Sequence record: MW394391.1
From: Klebsiella phage vB_KpM_FBKp24
Direction: 5' to 3' (one strand)
Length of the DNA: 64,000 nt
The notes below the pieces were generated by a model. It made no database searches. It was not told the origin of the DNA and saw only the letters and a program-made list of their open reading frames with translations. Within the stretch, counting starts at the first letter, position 1. The number at the start of each line of letters is the position of its first letter. Positions 46,800 to 56,521 of this stretch are shown piece after piece. A program made the translations under genes and the position numbers.

Positions 46800-47390
46800 T
46801 TAAATAATACCTTGGAGTTCCAGTTGCCATTTTAAGCACAACCAGAATCCAATGGCGATAGAGTCGATACTGTGTTCGTCAAGGTCATCTATAACGACGT
46901 CGTCATCGACCAATAATTTCTTTTCTTTAATCAGAAGTTTAATAGCCTTTCTGACCGATTCCTTGTCCCCACCTCTTCCAGGTGCGCCGACTGCCTTTTT
47001 CGCGGTCGGAGGATCAATGAGGAACAAAGGAAGAGTATTTTTGTATGCCCATACCGCTTCCCTGGCCATCACGATTCCTTCGACCAACGACTGAAACGCA
47101 GAAACAAACTTCAGTTTCATGTATGCTGATTCACACGATACTAATTGGGGCGCAAAATAATTTAACCGCTCGATAAGAAATTCCCTACACTTCGAATGAC
47201 GCGCCCCGCGATCACCTAAGACGAGTTCCATACTGGTTTCAGTTAATACACGGTTCGCATGAAAAGTTTCTGCGTGCCGGAGAATGAATTTTTTCTTTTC
47301 GAAATCATAATCGATAACGGAAATCCCAAAGCAATGGCTACCAGGATCAATACCCACAATACGGAAACACTCGTCGTTCATGATCTTCAC
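46800..47390 (-). CDS. ruvC-like: RuvC-like Holliday-junction resolvase
   Basis: IVGIDPGSHCFGISV (RuvC ILGIDPGSRVTGYGV), a catalytic Glu in SCESAYM, GDKESVRKA, and the DEHSIDSIAIGF D-x-x-D acidic pair. The start is a GTG at 47390 or an ATG at 47381. Confidence 0.8.
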   Translation of the reverse strand: MKIMNDECFRIVGIDPGSHCFGISVIDYDFEKKKFILRHAETFHANRVLTETSMELVLGDRGARHSKCREFLIERLNYFAPQLVSCESAYMKLKFVSAFQSLVEGIVMAREAVWAYKNTLPLFLIDPPTAKKAVGAPGRGGDKESVRKAIKLLIKEKKLLVDDDVVIDDLDEHSIDSIAIGFWLCLKWQLELQGII

Positions 47391-47429
47391 CTGTCCCTAC
47401 CTCATTATAAATGTTGATTCCATAAAATA

Positions 47430-47457
47430 AGAAAGAGGGTCCGAGGACCCTCTTTCT
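47430..47457 (-). terminator. terminator AGAAAGAGGGT-ccgagg-ACCCTCTTTCT
   Basis: After the stop of 47467..48612. UUAUUUUAU follows on the minus strand. Confidence 0.55.
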
Positions 47458-47466
47458 ACCTGGTGA

Positions 47467-48612
47467 TTATTCAACGCTTTCAATATCGTAACGCAGTTGT
47501 GCCTGACCTACAATGAAGGACGTCGTTGACGGAGTGAGCGTCACAGTTTCGGTCCAACCGTAAACGGAACGAACGCGATTGATAGCGGTCACCCTCGCGT
47601 TGGTGAATGCAGTAGTCAACCGCGCTTTATTCGCTTCGGTATTCATTGTACTCCAGTTTGCGGCAATTTTACCTACGATAGCCTGTACCAAACTGCTGTC
47701 GGTGATTTCCGTGCCGATACGATAAAGCTGGATTGCATTCTGGTAATCGGAGAAATCTAGCGGGCGAGTTAATAACAGTGCAGAATAACGGTTGGTTCCG
47801 ATACCAGTCGGATAATCCATTCCCACCATTGCACCTACCTGCAGACTGTTCAGCGATATCGTCGGCGGGTATTCTAACCCCTCCAGTACGGAAACAAAAT
47901 TGTCCAGTGCGACAGCGGATGGGTATTTCAGACCATCGAGTGTAGTCACGGTGATCAGATTATTAAGATCCTGACTTCCCGGGTATTCCAGTCCATCCAG
48001 ATCGGTTTCCAGAATCACACTGTCCAGATCAAAAATAGACGGGTAATAAAGTCCGTCCATCGCCGTCTGGCGAACACTCCACGTAATTCCCGCAAAGCTA
48101 TTCGGTTCAAACGCTTCGAGGTTGTCAGTGATTATCGAAGCGAGGGAGGTTTTGGTGTTTCTCAGGTAGAAGTTTACTGATCCTACCCAACTCCAACTCG
48201 TTTCGGCAATGGGCCAGCTGATGAAGATCTCGCTATCTCCGGCATCGGTGTTAAGGTCAAGTAACCCTGGAGCAAAATCGCTGTCTTCAAACGGCGGGAG
48301 GCCATAAGTCGCACAGAGAGATTCGAGGATTTTTCGGTTGGTTAACCCTGACCCTGCTTGTACGTGCAGCTCGATGCCTTTGAATAACGTTTGGAAATTA
48401 CGTTTAAAAACCCCGATGTCATCCCGAACGCCAAAGTAACGCCCCGATAGGTCTTTAACAATAAACCGCTGACGAGATTCGAAAGAATCAAATTCCCCAC
48501 GCTGGACATCAAGGTTTTCAGCTGTGAAATCTGACCCATAATCAGCATTGGCCTTATTGATTAACCCGACAATCTCAGCTTCTATAGTAGGATAACCAAA
48601 AATAGTGCTCAT
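47467..48612 (-). CDS. hypothetical virion-module protein (381 aa)
   Basis: ORF co-transcribed with the 305-aa gene upstream (14-nt gap) and followed by terminator 47430-47457. Confidence 0.55.
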   Translation of the reverse strand: MSTIFGYPTIEAEIVGLINKANADYGSDFTAENLDVQRGEFDSFESRQRFIVKDLSGRYFGVRDDIGVFKRNFQTLFKGIELHVQAGSGLTNRKILESLCATYGLPPFEDSDFAPGLLDLNTDAGDSEIFISWPIAETSWSWVGSVNFYLRNTKTSLASIITDNLEAFEPNSFAGITWSVRQTAMDGLYYPSIFDLDSVILETDLDGLEYPGSQDLNNLITVTTLDGLKYPSAVALDNFVSVLEGLEYPPTISLNSLQVGAMVGMDYPTGIGTNRYSALLLTRPLDFSDYQNAIQLYRIGTEITDSSLVQAIVGKIAANWSTMNTEANKARLTTAFTNARVTAINRVRSVYGWTETVTLTPSTTSFIVGQAQLRYDIESVE

Positions 48613-48626
48613 TCAGTCATCCTCTT

Positions 48627-49544
48627 TTAAGCCAGCGATTTAATGGTCGCCGTGATTCCTGAAGTTGTGGAGGCGGTTGTCACGCTGTTACTTGTCAGCA
48701 TAGGTTCGTTAGCCCCCATTTCGAGAGTAATCACAAAACCTTGGTTATCGAAGGACAACTGCCGATAAGTGGAGAGCCAGGTAAGTACCTGAGCGTAAAT
48801 CGCCTCGACCATGTTAATCTGTGCACCACCCGGACCTGTGGCTTGTACGCTGCGCTGAATAGCGGAAACCAACCCGATTTCAGAGATGATCGCCCGCTTC
48901 TGGGATCCGTAGAGAATACTGGCGACGTTGTTCAATTCAGCAACGTCGTTCTCGTCAAACGGAACATCGACTTCCATACTGGCAGTGAGATATTCCGAGT
49001 TAGTGGTGGTCGCTTGTGCCGAAGTCAACGTCGGGCGTGTCGGGAAAAGGTTCGATGAGTTTGGTACGAATTCTGTGGTCGTAGACTCACCGTCAATCAC
49101 GACGGTATGACGCAACGTTGGTTTAGCGGCTGACAAGTCGATCTTCTTCAGGTAGTAAGAAAAATAGTTTACGCCGTTTAAATTCTCTAACTTACGCAGA
49201 GCGTAGTTAGCTCGTTCGGATGCGGAAAGGTCGTTGGTTTCTAAACGCATGACAAACGGGATCATGTTAAACGGACCGAAATCAGCAGCGGTGTGCTGAG
49301 CTGGTTCGATAATGATTTCGTTATCAGCAGCGGGGACGTTATAATGCCCTTTATCGCCAATACAGTAATACCCGAAGGCGGGGCGATCAGTAGTCGCGAT
49401 CTGTGCATCTGCGTTAATGCTCAGTCTTTCATTCAGCGTAGTGTACGCAAGCTTCGTGATTGAAAGTCCAGGTAAGAGGTGGGTTTGCAGTAAACCGCTA
49501 AGCGCCGTCCGCGCGATAAGGTTAGTGTTTGTGCTGGCACTCAT
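48627..49544 (-). CDS. hypothetical virion-module protein (305 aa)
   Basis: AGGA RBS. A TATGACA motif lies 60 nt upstream. Confidence 0.55.
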   Translation of the reverse strand: MSASTNTNLIARTALSGLLQTHLLPGLSITKLAYTTLNERLSINADAQIATTDRPAFGYYCIGDKGHYNVPAADNEIIIEPAQHTAADFGPFNMIPFVMRLETNDLSASERANYALRKLENLNGVNYFSYYLKKIDLSAAKPTLRHTVVIDGESTTTEFVPNSSNLFPTRPTLTSAQATTTNSEYLTASMEVDVPFDENDVAELNNVASILYGSQKRAIISEIGLVSAIQRSVQATGPGGAQINMVEAIYAQVLTWLSTYRQLSFDNQGFVITLEMGANEPMLTSNSVTTASTTSGITATIKSLA

Positions 49545-49599
49545 TTTTAAGTCCTATGCAATAAACGAGAAAAGGGTCACGCCGAAACAGGACGGCGAA

Positions 49600-49606
49600 T
49601 GTCATA
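49600..49606 (-). promoter_or_regulatory. TATGACA motif immediately after a terminator U-tract
   Basis: Minus strand gcuuuuuTATGACAttc, about 60 nt upstream of the start of 48627..49544. Confidence 0.35.
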
Positions 49607-49609
49607 AAA

Positions 49610-49641
49610 AGCGAAGGAGAGCAGAAACGCTCTCCTTCGCT
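49610..49641. terminator. bidirectional terminator AGCGAAGGAGAGC-agaaac-GCTCTCCTTCGCT
   Basis: 13-bp stem with U-tracts on both sides. Confidence 0.7.
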
Positions 49642-49653
49642 ATATTTTATCGA

Positions 49654-50196
49654 TTAAGAACCGGCAGAGAATCCGTCCTGAGTATTAGGAATTTCGGCGG
49701 TGTTCAATCTTGTTTCGGAAGACGTAATCACAAGAGTGATATTACCAAACAACGTCAAGTGATCAGCAACGATGGTAACGCCAACCGATACGGTTTCATC
49801 AACATTCGTCACCGGGTCAGCAACTGTAATGTCGGACGCAACCATCGATGAAGAAAAATTGGCCACGAGATAAGCCAGTGCAGAGGCAGCGGCATGTGAA
49901 GCGTCCCAGTTACTGAGGTCGTCAGTAATAGCTTTCTCGATGTTATAGCTCGCAATGTCTTTACGAACGTAATAAACGGTTTTCGCTTCCCCATAAACCA
50001 GGGTTGAGGTCGAAACTGGCGTGAGTAGAACGCTAGTATTGGCGCCATCATCTCTTCCCGATACTGCGGTAATCGCAGTAGCAGTGAGATCGTCGTCAGT
50101 AAATACCGCTCCATCCGGAAGCGCGGTTGTTGACTTGGTTAACAGGTCATAGAACGCGGCTTTGGGAGTTTTGGTTAAATCAAGAGCGACTGCCAT
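49654..50196 (-). CDS. hypothetical protein (180 aa)
   Basis: AAAGGAAAA RBS. Followed by bidirectional terminator 49610-49641. Confidence 0.55.
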   Translation of the reverse strand: MAVALDLTKTPKAAFYDLLTKSTTALPDGAVFTDDDLTATAITAVSGRDDGANTSVLLTPVSTSTLVYGEAKTVYYVRKDIASYNIEKAITDDLSNWDASHAAASALAYLVANFSSSMVASDITVADPVTNVDETVSVGVTIVADHLTLFGNITLVITSSETRLNTAEIPNTQDGFSAGS

Positions 50197-50229
50197 AATA
50201 TCGTTTTCCTTTTCTGTTTACTACGTATC

Positions 50230-51072
50230 TTAACTCAAATTGTAGTGTAAGATTAAATGCCCTGCGACATTCGTACATAAGGTGGTGTCCAGATGGATCA
50301 CAACGCAGCGCTCGTAATTGGTATTAACGTAAACCGGGGCGGATGACGTGAGGCCGTTATACCAGACAGTTGCGCCGGCCATATTCCATTCAGCCGGAGT
50401 AGGCGTGTTGACCCACTGATCTGGAGATTTACGGTTTAGAATAGTGAGTAGTTCACCCTCGATCAAATCCCCATAACCGAATCGCTGCATGTTATCGGCA
50501 TCGTAGGTATAGTCCTGAGCGTAGAGATAAAGCGGCCCCTGAATTTTTACTGACTGATTAGTTGGGTAAGCTAACCCAGCAAGATCGGTGTTACGAATGA
50601 CGGTATCGATGGCCTTTTTCGGGTCGCCGATGTTGACTTCTAAAATCCCAGTAAAAGCAGGGCAGGTTGGCCTGACTCGTAACTGAGTCACAGTGGGGAC
50701 AGTACTGAGGTTCAGGACTTCGTCATAGATGTCTTCTGCGGCTAACTGGAAACCGAAGTTCAAGTTAATCTCCGCTAGAAGATCTGATTTTTTAAACTTG
50801 TTACTGGCGGAAACGTACACTTGGACATCACTGAAAATCTGGGCAAGGTTCGGACGGTTCCAGGTTAATGTCACTTCCCCTTCACGTCCCATCCCGGGAA
50901 TAGCCATCAATTTACCGACAGTATTACGGGCAGTATCGCCATTCGTATTTTCGGTAAAATTGGTTAAGCGTACTTGGTCTTGTGTAAAGTCACTGTCCGG
51001 GTTCGCCTCTTTGATCAAGTCGAAAACCAGCTCATCCGTCGGCTTATTGTAATACCCATTCGCTGCAGCCAT
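50230..51072 (-). CDS. hypothetical virion-module protein (280 aa)
   Basis: A TATGACA motif lies 35 nt upstream, after terminator 51113-51136. Confidence 0.55.
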   Translation of the reverse strand: MAAANGYYNKPTDELVFDLIKEANPDSDFTQDQVRLTNFTENTNGDTARNTVGKLMAIPGMGREGEVTLTWNRPNLAQIFSDVQVYVSASNKFKKSDLLAEINLNFGFQLAAEDIYDEVLNLSTVPTVTQLRVRPTCPAFTGILEVNIGDPKKAIDTVIRNTDLAGLAYPTNQSVKIQGPLYLYAQDYTYDADNMQRFGYGDLIEGELLTILNRKSPDQWVNTPTPAEWNMAGATVWYNGLTSSAPVYVNTNYERCVVIHLDTTLCTNVAGHLILHYNLS

Positions 51073-51102
51073 TATAGACTCCGTTAAAATAAAATTCGAT
51101 TA

Positions 51103-51109
51103 TGTCATA
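51103..51109 (-). promoter_or_regulatory. TATGACA motif immediately after a terminator U-tract
   Basis: Minus strand ccuuuuuugtTATGACAta, about 35 nt upstream of the start of 50230..51072. Confidence 0.35.
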
Positions 51110-51112
51110 ACA

Positions 51113-51136
51113 AAAAAGGCGGTCTCCCGCCTTTTT
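51113..51136. terminator. bidirectional terminator AAAAAGGCGG-tctc-CCGCCTTTTT
   Basis: Classic A-tract/stem/T-tract structure after 51152..53596. Confidence 0.75.
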
Positions 51137-51151
51137 CATTTATTGTACGTA

Positions 51152-53596
51152 TTACTCGAAAGTGAGAAGCGTATCAGTGGGGAAGTACTCATTTAACCGT
51201 AAAGGTTCGGCGAACCCCAACAGGGTATCTGGCATGACTTGCCAGAGCTGTACTCTCGGAATGTCTTTAACCCACAGACCGTCTAAGACAGTATTGGACA
51301 GCGACAATGCAGGATCAGGTTGGACCTTGTTGACCCACAGACCATTAAGGTTCCGAACGAGGACTTCCGTCTGGAGTAAGTCATCCACTTGCGGTGGGTA
51401 GACCCAGAGACCCGGGAGCGCTAACGTCGTGATTATGTCTTCTATCGGTCGGTATGTAACATGATATAGCCACAATCCGTTAAGCGCTGTATTACTGACA
51501 TCCAGCTCAATGTCTTTGGTCAAAGAGCCTTTGAAACGAACTTCAGCAATCGGGATACGATGAATCGTTTTGATTGCAGTGTCGCAAAGGAACCCAATTC
51601 CCCAATCCAGTTTGTAGTAGTAATTGGCGTAGATCTGTTTCAGGTCAAGGTTAATCGATCTGAACGGAGGAACGTCCGTCGAGGACTTCGCCCTTTGTTT
51701 CTGGTTGATCACTTCCACTCGTGACGGAAGTTGAACTTTACCATAACCTTTACTCTCAACATTACCATACCGGACCGCTAGATTATCCAAAACAATACCG
51801 GGAGCAGCAATCGTTTTATGAACGTACTGGACGCCATAAGACGAAAGCTGAGTCATGATCCCGATCATCGCTGTGTGGATATCTGATATACTGATCGTTG
51901 AGCGCAAGTCAGACCCGGTTGCTACGGTAAAAATACTCAGCGCAAACTCGGACCATTCTGTCGGGGTGGTCATGCTCAACTTCCAGTTCTTCTCTTTAAA
52001 CCACTCTGTGTAAGTGGTAGGCGTGTCAATCAGTACGCACAATTCATCGCAATAAAACTTACGACACAGAACTTCCCACTCCCCGCGTTGATAGAAATCT
52101 TCCATCGAAGTATACATCATACGGTGTGCAGAGATGTTCCCTTGAATAGCCACTGCGGTCGAATAAAAGGCTTCGGTAGAGATAATACTGTTGACCAAGG
52201 TAGTTTCCGTCATGGCGACCTGAATCCCTAACTCAGTCACGTATTTTTTCTGCGTGGCGCGACGTAACTCCGAAAATGTTGGGGTCGGGATTCGTTGCGC
52301 AAAGAAAGCAGTGAGGTTGGGGATATCTGTCAACGTCACTTCAAATTGTTGCATGACGCTGTACACCCAAAGAATCAACGCTTCTTTAACTGACATTGAC
52401 ATCGCTTCCTGACTAACAGGATCAGTCAGAATGATGTTCGCCGTGTACTTCCCGTGTGAAGCTAAATAGATCCACTCGGTCAGTAATGTGTCGGTCAACT
52501 TCCGTGGCATCGCATCGGACTGATCAACCATTACCGATTCAAGTACTTTTGTCGGCAGGACGTTAGTGATTGCATTCTTCACCATGTCAGGAACGACGGT
52601 CTGTTGTGTTTCCAGATAATCAGCGTTATCCTTTGCCGAGTTCACCTCGTTAGCTAACGCGTCTTCAATGGTGATGTACTGGATACCACTAACAGATTCT
52701 GCCAGGGTGTTCTGTGGGACTTTGGCAATAGTACCGGCAGAATAAATGTTCTCGCTTACTGAGGTTACGTCTTGCTGAATTTCGTAAGCCGTCAACGGAA
52801 TTCTGCGGTCAGTAAGGATATTGGCAATCAGGTCGACAAATGTGTCGGTTTTACCAGCGTGAGCCTCAATGTACTCTATGTTACGGTAGAGGTAAAGACT
52901 CTGTTTAAGACTGGCATAATCTTTAAACTGATTCAGTCTTTCGTGCGAACCCAAATAACACCATAAATGATAACTGTGAACTTGAGGTGTGCGCACATAC
53001 CGGTTACGGATATTGATGATCTCGCCGGGTAGGTGTGTGAATAATAGTCCAAAGAAAGTGGCCGGGTACTGAACCTGTACTCTGGCTGGTAAAGGCATAT
53101 ACCAACGTTGGACAAAGTTGTTGATCCAAACCTGGAGATCAGCGATTAAATAGACCTCTTGACTTTCGACTTCGTCTGAATCGTAATACAAGATTTCCCA
53201 GTCATCTGCTGCCAGAATCTTATCCATAGATACAGGGTTCAATATCCCGCGAATCAATGTTTCTTGATTCGGGTAGCGCGATAGCAAGTTCTGGTAATAG
53301 CTACTACCAAAACTATACGCCTTTCGAGTGGCGCGGTGTAACAACAGGTTATCATATGTGAAGTCGATCGTCTCCAGTGTATCTAACGATACGACGGTCA
53401 TAGGGGTATCGCTGGCGTGGTATAACCCCGCCAGATTCATATAGTACGCCCATGTCGACGGAGAGTCTGGATCTACAGTATAACCTATTTGGCTCAGGTA
53501 ATTATTACGCATCGCTGCCGCAGCAGGAAACTTTAAGGTCAATGTTTGTGCTAAATTAATGACACTGTCTAAATACAATTTCTGCGTGGTATCCAC
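51152..53596 (-). CDS. large hypothetical virion-module protein (814 aa; GTG start)
   Basis: GAGGAG RBS before a GTG start. Divergent from the 929-aa gene. Confidence 0.55.
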   Translation of the reverse strand: MDTTQKLYLDSVINLAQTLTLKFPAAAAMRNNYLSQIGYTVDPDSPSTWAYYMNLAGLYHASDTPMTVVSLDTLETIDFTYDNLLLHRATRKAYSFGSSYYQNLLSRYPNQETLIRGILNPVSMDKILAADDWEILYYDSDEVESQEVYLIADLQVWINNFVQRWYMPLPARVQVQYPATFFGLLFTHLPGEIINIRNRYVRTPQVHSYHLWCYLGSHERLNQFKDYASLKQSLYLYRNIEYIEAHAGKTDTFVDLIANILTDRRIPLTAYEIQQDVTSVSENIYSAGTIAKVPQNTLAESVSGIQYITIEDALANEVNSAKDNADYLETQQTVVPDMVKNAITNVLPTKVLESVMVDQSDAMPRKLTDTLLTEWIYLASHGKYTANIILTDPVSQEAMSMSVKEALILWVYSVMQQFEVTLTDIPNLTAFFAQRIPTPTFSELRRATQKKYVTELGIQVAMTETTLVNSIISTEAFYSTAVAIQGNISAHRMMYTSMEDFYQRGEWEVLCRKFYCDELCVLIDTPTTYTEWFKEKNWKLSMTTPTEWSEFALSIFTVATGSDLRSTISISDIHTAMIGIMTQLSSYGVQYVHKTIAAPGIVLDNLAVRYGNVESKGYGKVQLPSRVEVINQKQRAKSSTDVPPFRSINLDLKQIYANYYYKLDWGIGFLCDTAIKTIHRIPIAEVRFKGSLTKDIELDVSNTALNGLWLYHVTYRPIEDIITTLALPGLWVYPPQVDDLLQTEVLVRNLNGLWVNKVQPDPALSLSNTVLDGLWVKDIPRVQLWQVMPDTLLGFAEPLRLNEYFPTDTLLTFE

Positions 53597-53660
53597 CGAG
53601 CAGTCTCCTCAACAGAACAATCGATTCCCCTTTTCAGAGTGAGAGAAGGATTCTGAATTT

Positions 53661-56450
53661 ATGAACAATTACGAAAAGAAAACGTTGAGTCCTAACGGAC
53701 TGAAAGTCTCTAGTCGACCGCAGACGTGGCTTCAACGTACACCTTCCGCCACCGCTATTATGTCAAAGCTGGTACCGGATGCTGTTCATCGGACAAACAC
53801 ACCCGGTAACGGAGTAGATGTTCCCGATCCGACTATATTTGACCGGCTCGTGAGTCGGCGCGCCAGAAAAAACTTGGATGCAGAAACCATCATTTCTTTA
53901 GCGCCTGATATCAAGCTAATTAAACAAATGATCGTTTCAACGACACTTTCTCCTGTTGACATGACCCAAGGGGAGTTGGGGTTTAAAACCGAAGCATCAG
54001 AAATCCCACCTAGCGTCCTCAATCAAGTTACAGAAGTGATACGGGATCACTTTGAGTCTTACTACCCTTTACGCGATAAACTCCCTGAAATCATCGGTGA
54101 GGCGTTATTTGAGACGGGTGCGTGGGTAGGCGTCATCATCCCGGAAGCGGTCATCGACGACATCGTTAACTTGCGAGAAGTCGGTAGTTATCTCGCCACT
54201 GAGAATTTTAACGAAAAACTGAAAACGCATTTTGTTGACGGAACATTACGATCAGTTGGTATCCTCGGTGACCCGGGTATCACTGATCAAGAAATAAGAG
54301 ACGCCAAGAATTCCAAAAAACCGCTGCGCACTACGGCTTCGAGTCCGTCTTTAGAAAGTATGTTCGCTATGCCCCAAACCCGCGATGATCTGGTAAAAAT
54401 AAATGACAGCGCCACGATCACTGATAACTTAGGTATCATGGGGCTAGGTCATATTCGTAACCAGATCAATGAAGAACGGTTGAAAAACAAATACCGTTAT
54501 GGGCGCTCTGGGGCGGGGCTGGAATCTTACGGGGCCAGAAAAGGTCATAACAACGTCTCGACGGTAGCGCGGTCACTTTACCATACCCGCAGTGGTCAGG
54601 CGGCTATCTCACCGGTGAAAGTCATCCCATCGGCGGCAGAAGCAAGTCGAAGTAGCATTGGTCATCCGCTTGTGGTGAAATGCCCGTCGGAATCCGTCAT
54701 CCCATGTTATCCGAAAGGGGACGAACGTAATCATATCGGCTATGTTATCGTACTGGACGAGTTAGGTAATCCGTTAAATCTGACTGATGAATTGAACCGC
54801 GCTGCCACGAGTGGGCAGATCGGGATCATGGGCGCACAACAGCAGTTGGACATGACGTCCAGTTTGATTCAACAGACCCGTATCGCTCAGAACGGTATCT
54901 GCATGGATACTGACCAGTTAGCCGCTGAGCAACGTATTCGCGTCTATAATCAGGTACTGGAAGAGAACATTCTGAACCGCATTAAGAACGGGTTGATTGG
55001 ACGTAACGTTAAGATGGCATGGAACGAAGACATTATGCGCATCATGATGTTCCGTCAGTTTGCCAACCAGAGAACAAATCTGGTCTTTGTACCTGCGGAA
55101 CAAGTTGCCTACTTTGCCTACGACTACGACAGTAACGGGATGGGTAAGTCATTACTGGATGACATCAAACAGGTTTCGGCTTTGCGGGCGATGACGACGT
55201 TCGCCAACTTTATGGCAGGTGTGAAGAACGCCGTAGGTCGAACCAAGGTCACCATGAATATTGACCCCCGTATGCCCGACCCAGAAAAAGCGTACGCTAT
55301 CTTAGTGGATGAATACCAGCGTATGCAATCCACGGTAACCCCGACTGATGTCAGCTCTTCGGCAGAAATGTTTCGTGTACTGCGGATGATGGGGACAACG
55401 ATCGAAGTGCAAGGTAACCCTCGAATTCCGAACACAACGGTCGAAATCAACGAATACCAATCGCAAAAACAAATCATCGATGAGGCGTTTACTGATGACC
55501 TACGTCGGCAGCAGTATATGGGTCTCTTTGTTACCCCAGCGATGGTGGATATGACGGACGAAGCGGATTTTGCTATTACGCGCTGGACGTCGAATCAACT
55601 CTACGCTAAACGTATCATGATGATTCAGGACGATACCTGTAAACACGGGAAAAAATTCGTTCGGTCTTACGTTAATTCTGATGGTATCTTAATTGGTCGT
55701 ATTCAGAAAATCTTCGAGGAGAATAATGATAAACTCCCAGAAGAATTCCAGCTGGATAAAGAAGCAACGATCCCTGAAGAGTTAAAATACCTTGACGCTA
55801 TCGATGCGTATTTCGATGCGTTCTACCTTGAGCTGCCACGACCGGAAAACAACCGGATCGAGAAACAGAAAGAAGAATTCGATAAAGTCAAAGACATGAT
55901 CGACGACATTGTCGACTGCTACATCTCTTCTGAACTTCTGGGAGCATTTGCGCCGGAAGACCAAGGTAAAATCGAAATGCTCAGGGCGCATATGACTGCA
56001 TACCTGAAACGCGATTGGTTACAAAGTCAAGGTTTCGACATGGGCTTCATTAAGATGCTCACGCCGGTAACCGAAGAAGACCCGTCTCTCGACATGATCA
56101 AAGTCTTCTCAACGGACATCACCAATTTACTCCATAACTTTGGTGACTTTAGTTCCGCGTTGGTAGCTACACGAAAAGCGTTACTGGAACGAATGGAAGT
56201 AGAGAACCCTAAACAACATGAAATCCTAACGGCGAACAACGATGCCGGTGGTGGTGATTGGGGTGGTGGGGGTAGTAACAATAATGACTGGAACGAAGGC
56301 GGCGACGCTTTCGGCGGAGGTGACGACTTCGGTTCATTCGAAGACACCGAGAGCGACCCTTTCTCTACTGAAGGTCTAGAGGAGAATTCTGAAGAGAATG
56401 TCGAGGAAGAAAATCCTTTCTCGACACCGGAAGAAGAACCTCCTATGTAA
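53661..56450 (+). CDS. large hypothetical virion-module protein (929 aa) with an acidic, Gly-rich disordered C-terminal tail
   Basis: AGAAGGA RBS. The C-terminal GGGDWGGGGSNNNDWNEGGDAFGGGDDFGSFEDTESD...EEEPPM is low complexity. Confidence 0.55.
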   Translation: MNNYEKKTLSPNGLKVSSRPQTWLQRTPSATAIMSKLVPDAVHRTNTPGNGVDVPDPTIFDRLVSRRARKNLDAETIISLAPDIKLIKQMIVSTTLSPVDMTQGELGFKTEASEIPPSVLNQVTEVIRDHFESYYPLRDKLPEIIGEALFETGAWVGVIIPEAVIDDIVNLREVGSYLATENFNEKLKTHFVDGTLRSVGILGDPGITDQEIRDAKNSKKPLRTTASSPSLESMFAMPQTRDDLVKINDSATITDNLGIMGLGHIRNQINEERLKNKYRYGRSGAGLESYGARKGHNNVSTVARSLYHTRSGQAAISPVKVIPSAAEASRSSIGHPLVVKCPSESVIPCYPKGDERNHIGYVIVLDELGNPLNLTDELNRAATSGQIGIMGAQQQLDMTSSLIQQTRIAQNGICMDTDQLAAEQRIRVYNQVLEENILNRIKNGLIGRNVKMAWNEDIMRIMMFRQFANQRTNLVFVPAEQVAYFAYDYDSNGMGKSLLDDIKQVSALRAMTTFANFMAGVKNAVGRTKVTMNIDPRMPDPEKAYAILVDEYQRMQSTVTPTDVSSSAEMFRVLRMMGTTIEVQGNPRIPNTTVEINEYQSQKQIIDEAFTDDLRRQQYMGLFVTPAMVDMTDEADFAITRWTSNQLYAKRIMMIQDDTCKHGKKFVRSYVNSDGILIGRIQKIFEENNDKLPEEFQLDKEATIPEELKYLDAIDAYFDAFYLELPRPENNRIEKQKEEFDKVKDMIDDIVDCYISSELLGAFAPEDQGKIEMLRAHMTAYLKRDWLQSQGFDMGFIKMLTPVTEEDPSLDMIKVFSTDITNLLHNFGDFSSALVATRKALLERMEVENPKQHEILTANNDAGGGDWGGGGSNNNDWNEGGDAFGGGDDFGSFEDTESDPFSTEGLEENSEENVEEENPFSTPEEEPPM

Positions 56451-56457
56451 AACAAAA

Positions 56458-56512
56458 AAAAGGATCTTTCGATCCTTTCTCCCCTACAGAGAGCCAATGC
56501 TCTCTGTAGGGG
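56458..56512. terminator. twin hairpins (AAAGGATC-tttc-GATCCTTT and CCCCTACAGAGAG-ccaatg-CTCTCTGTAGGGG) between convergent genes
   Basis: Two adjacent stems with an A8 tract upstream and ATTTATTATTT downstream. Confidence 0.65.
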
Positions 56513-56521
56513 ATTTATTAT

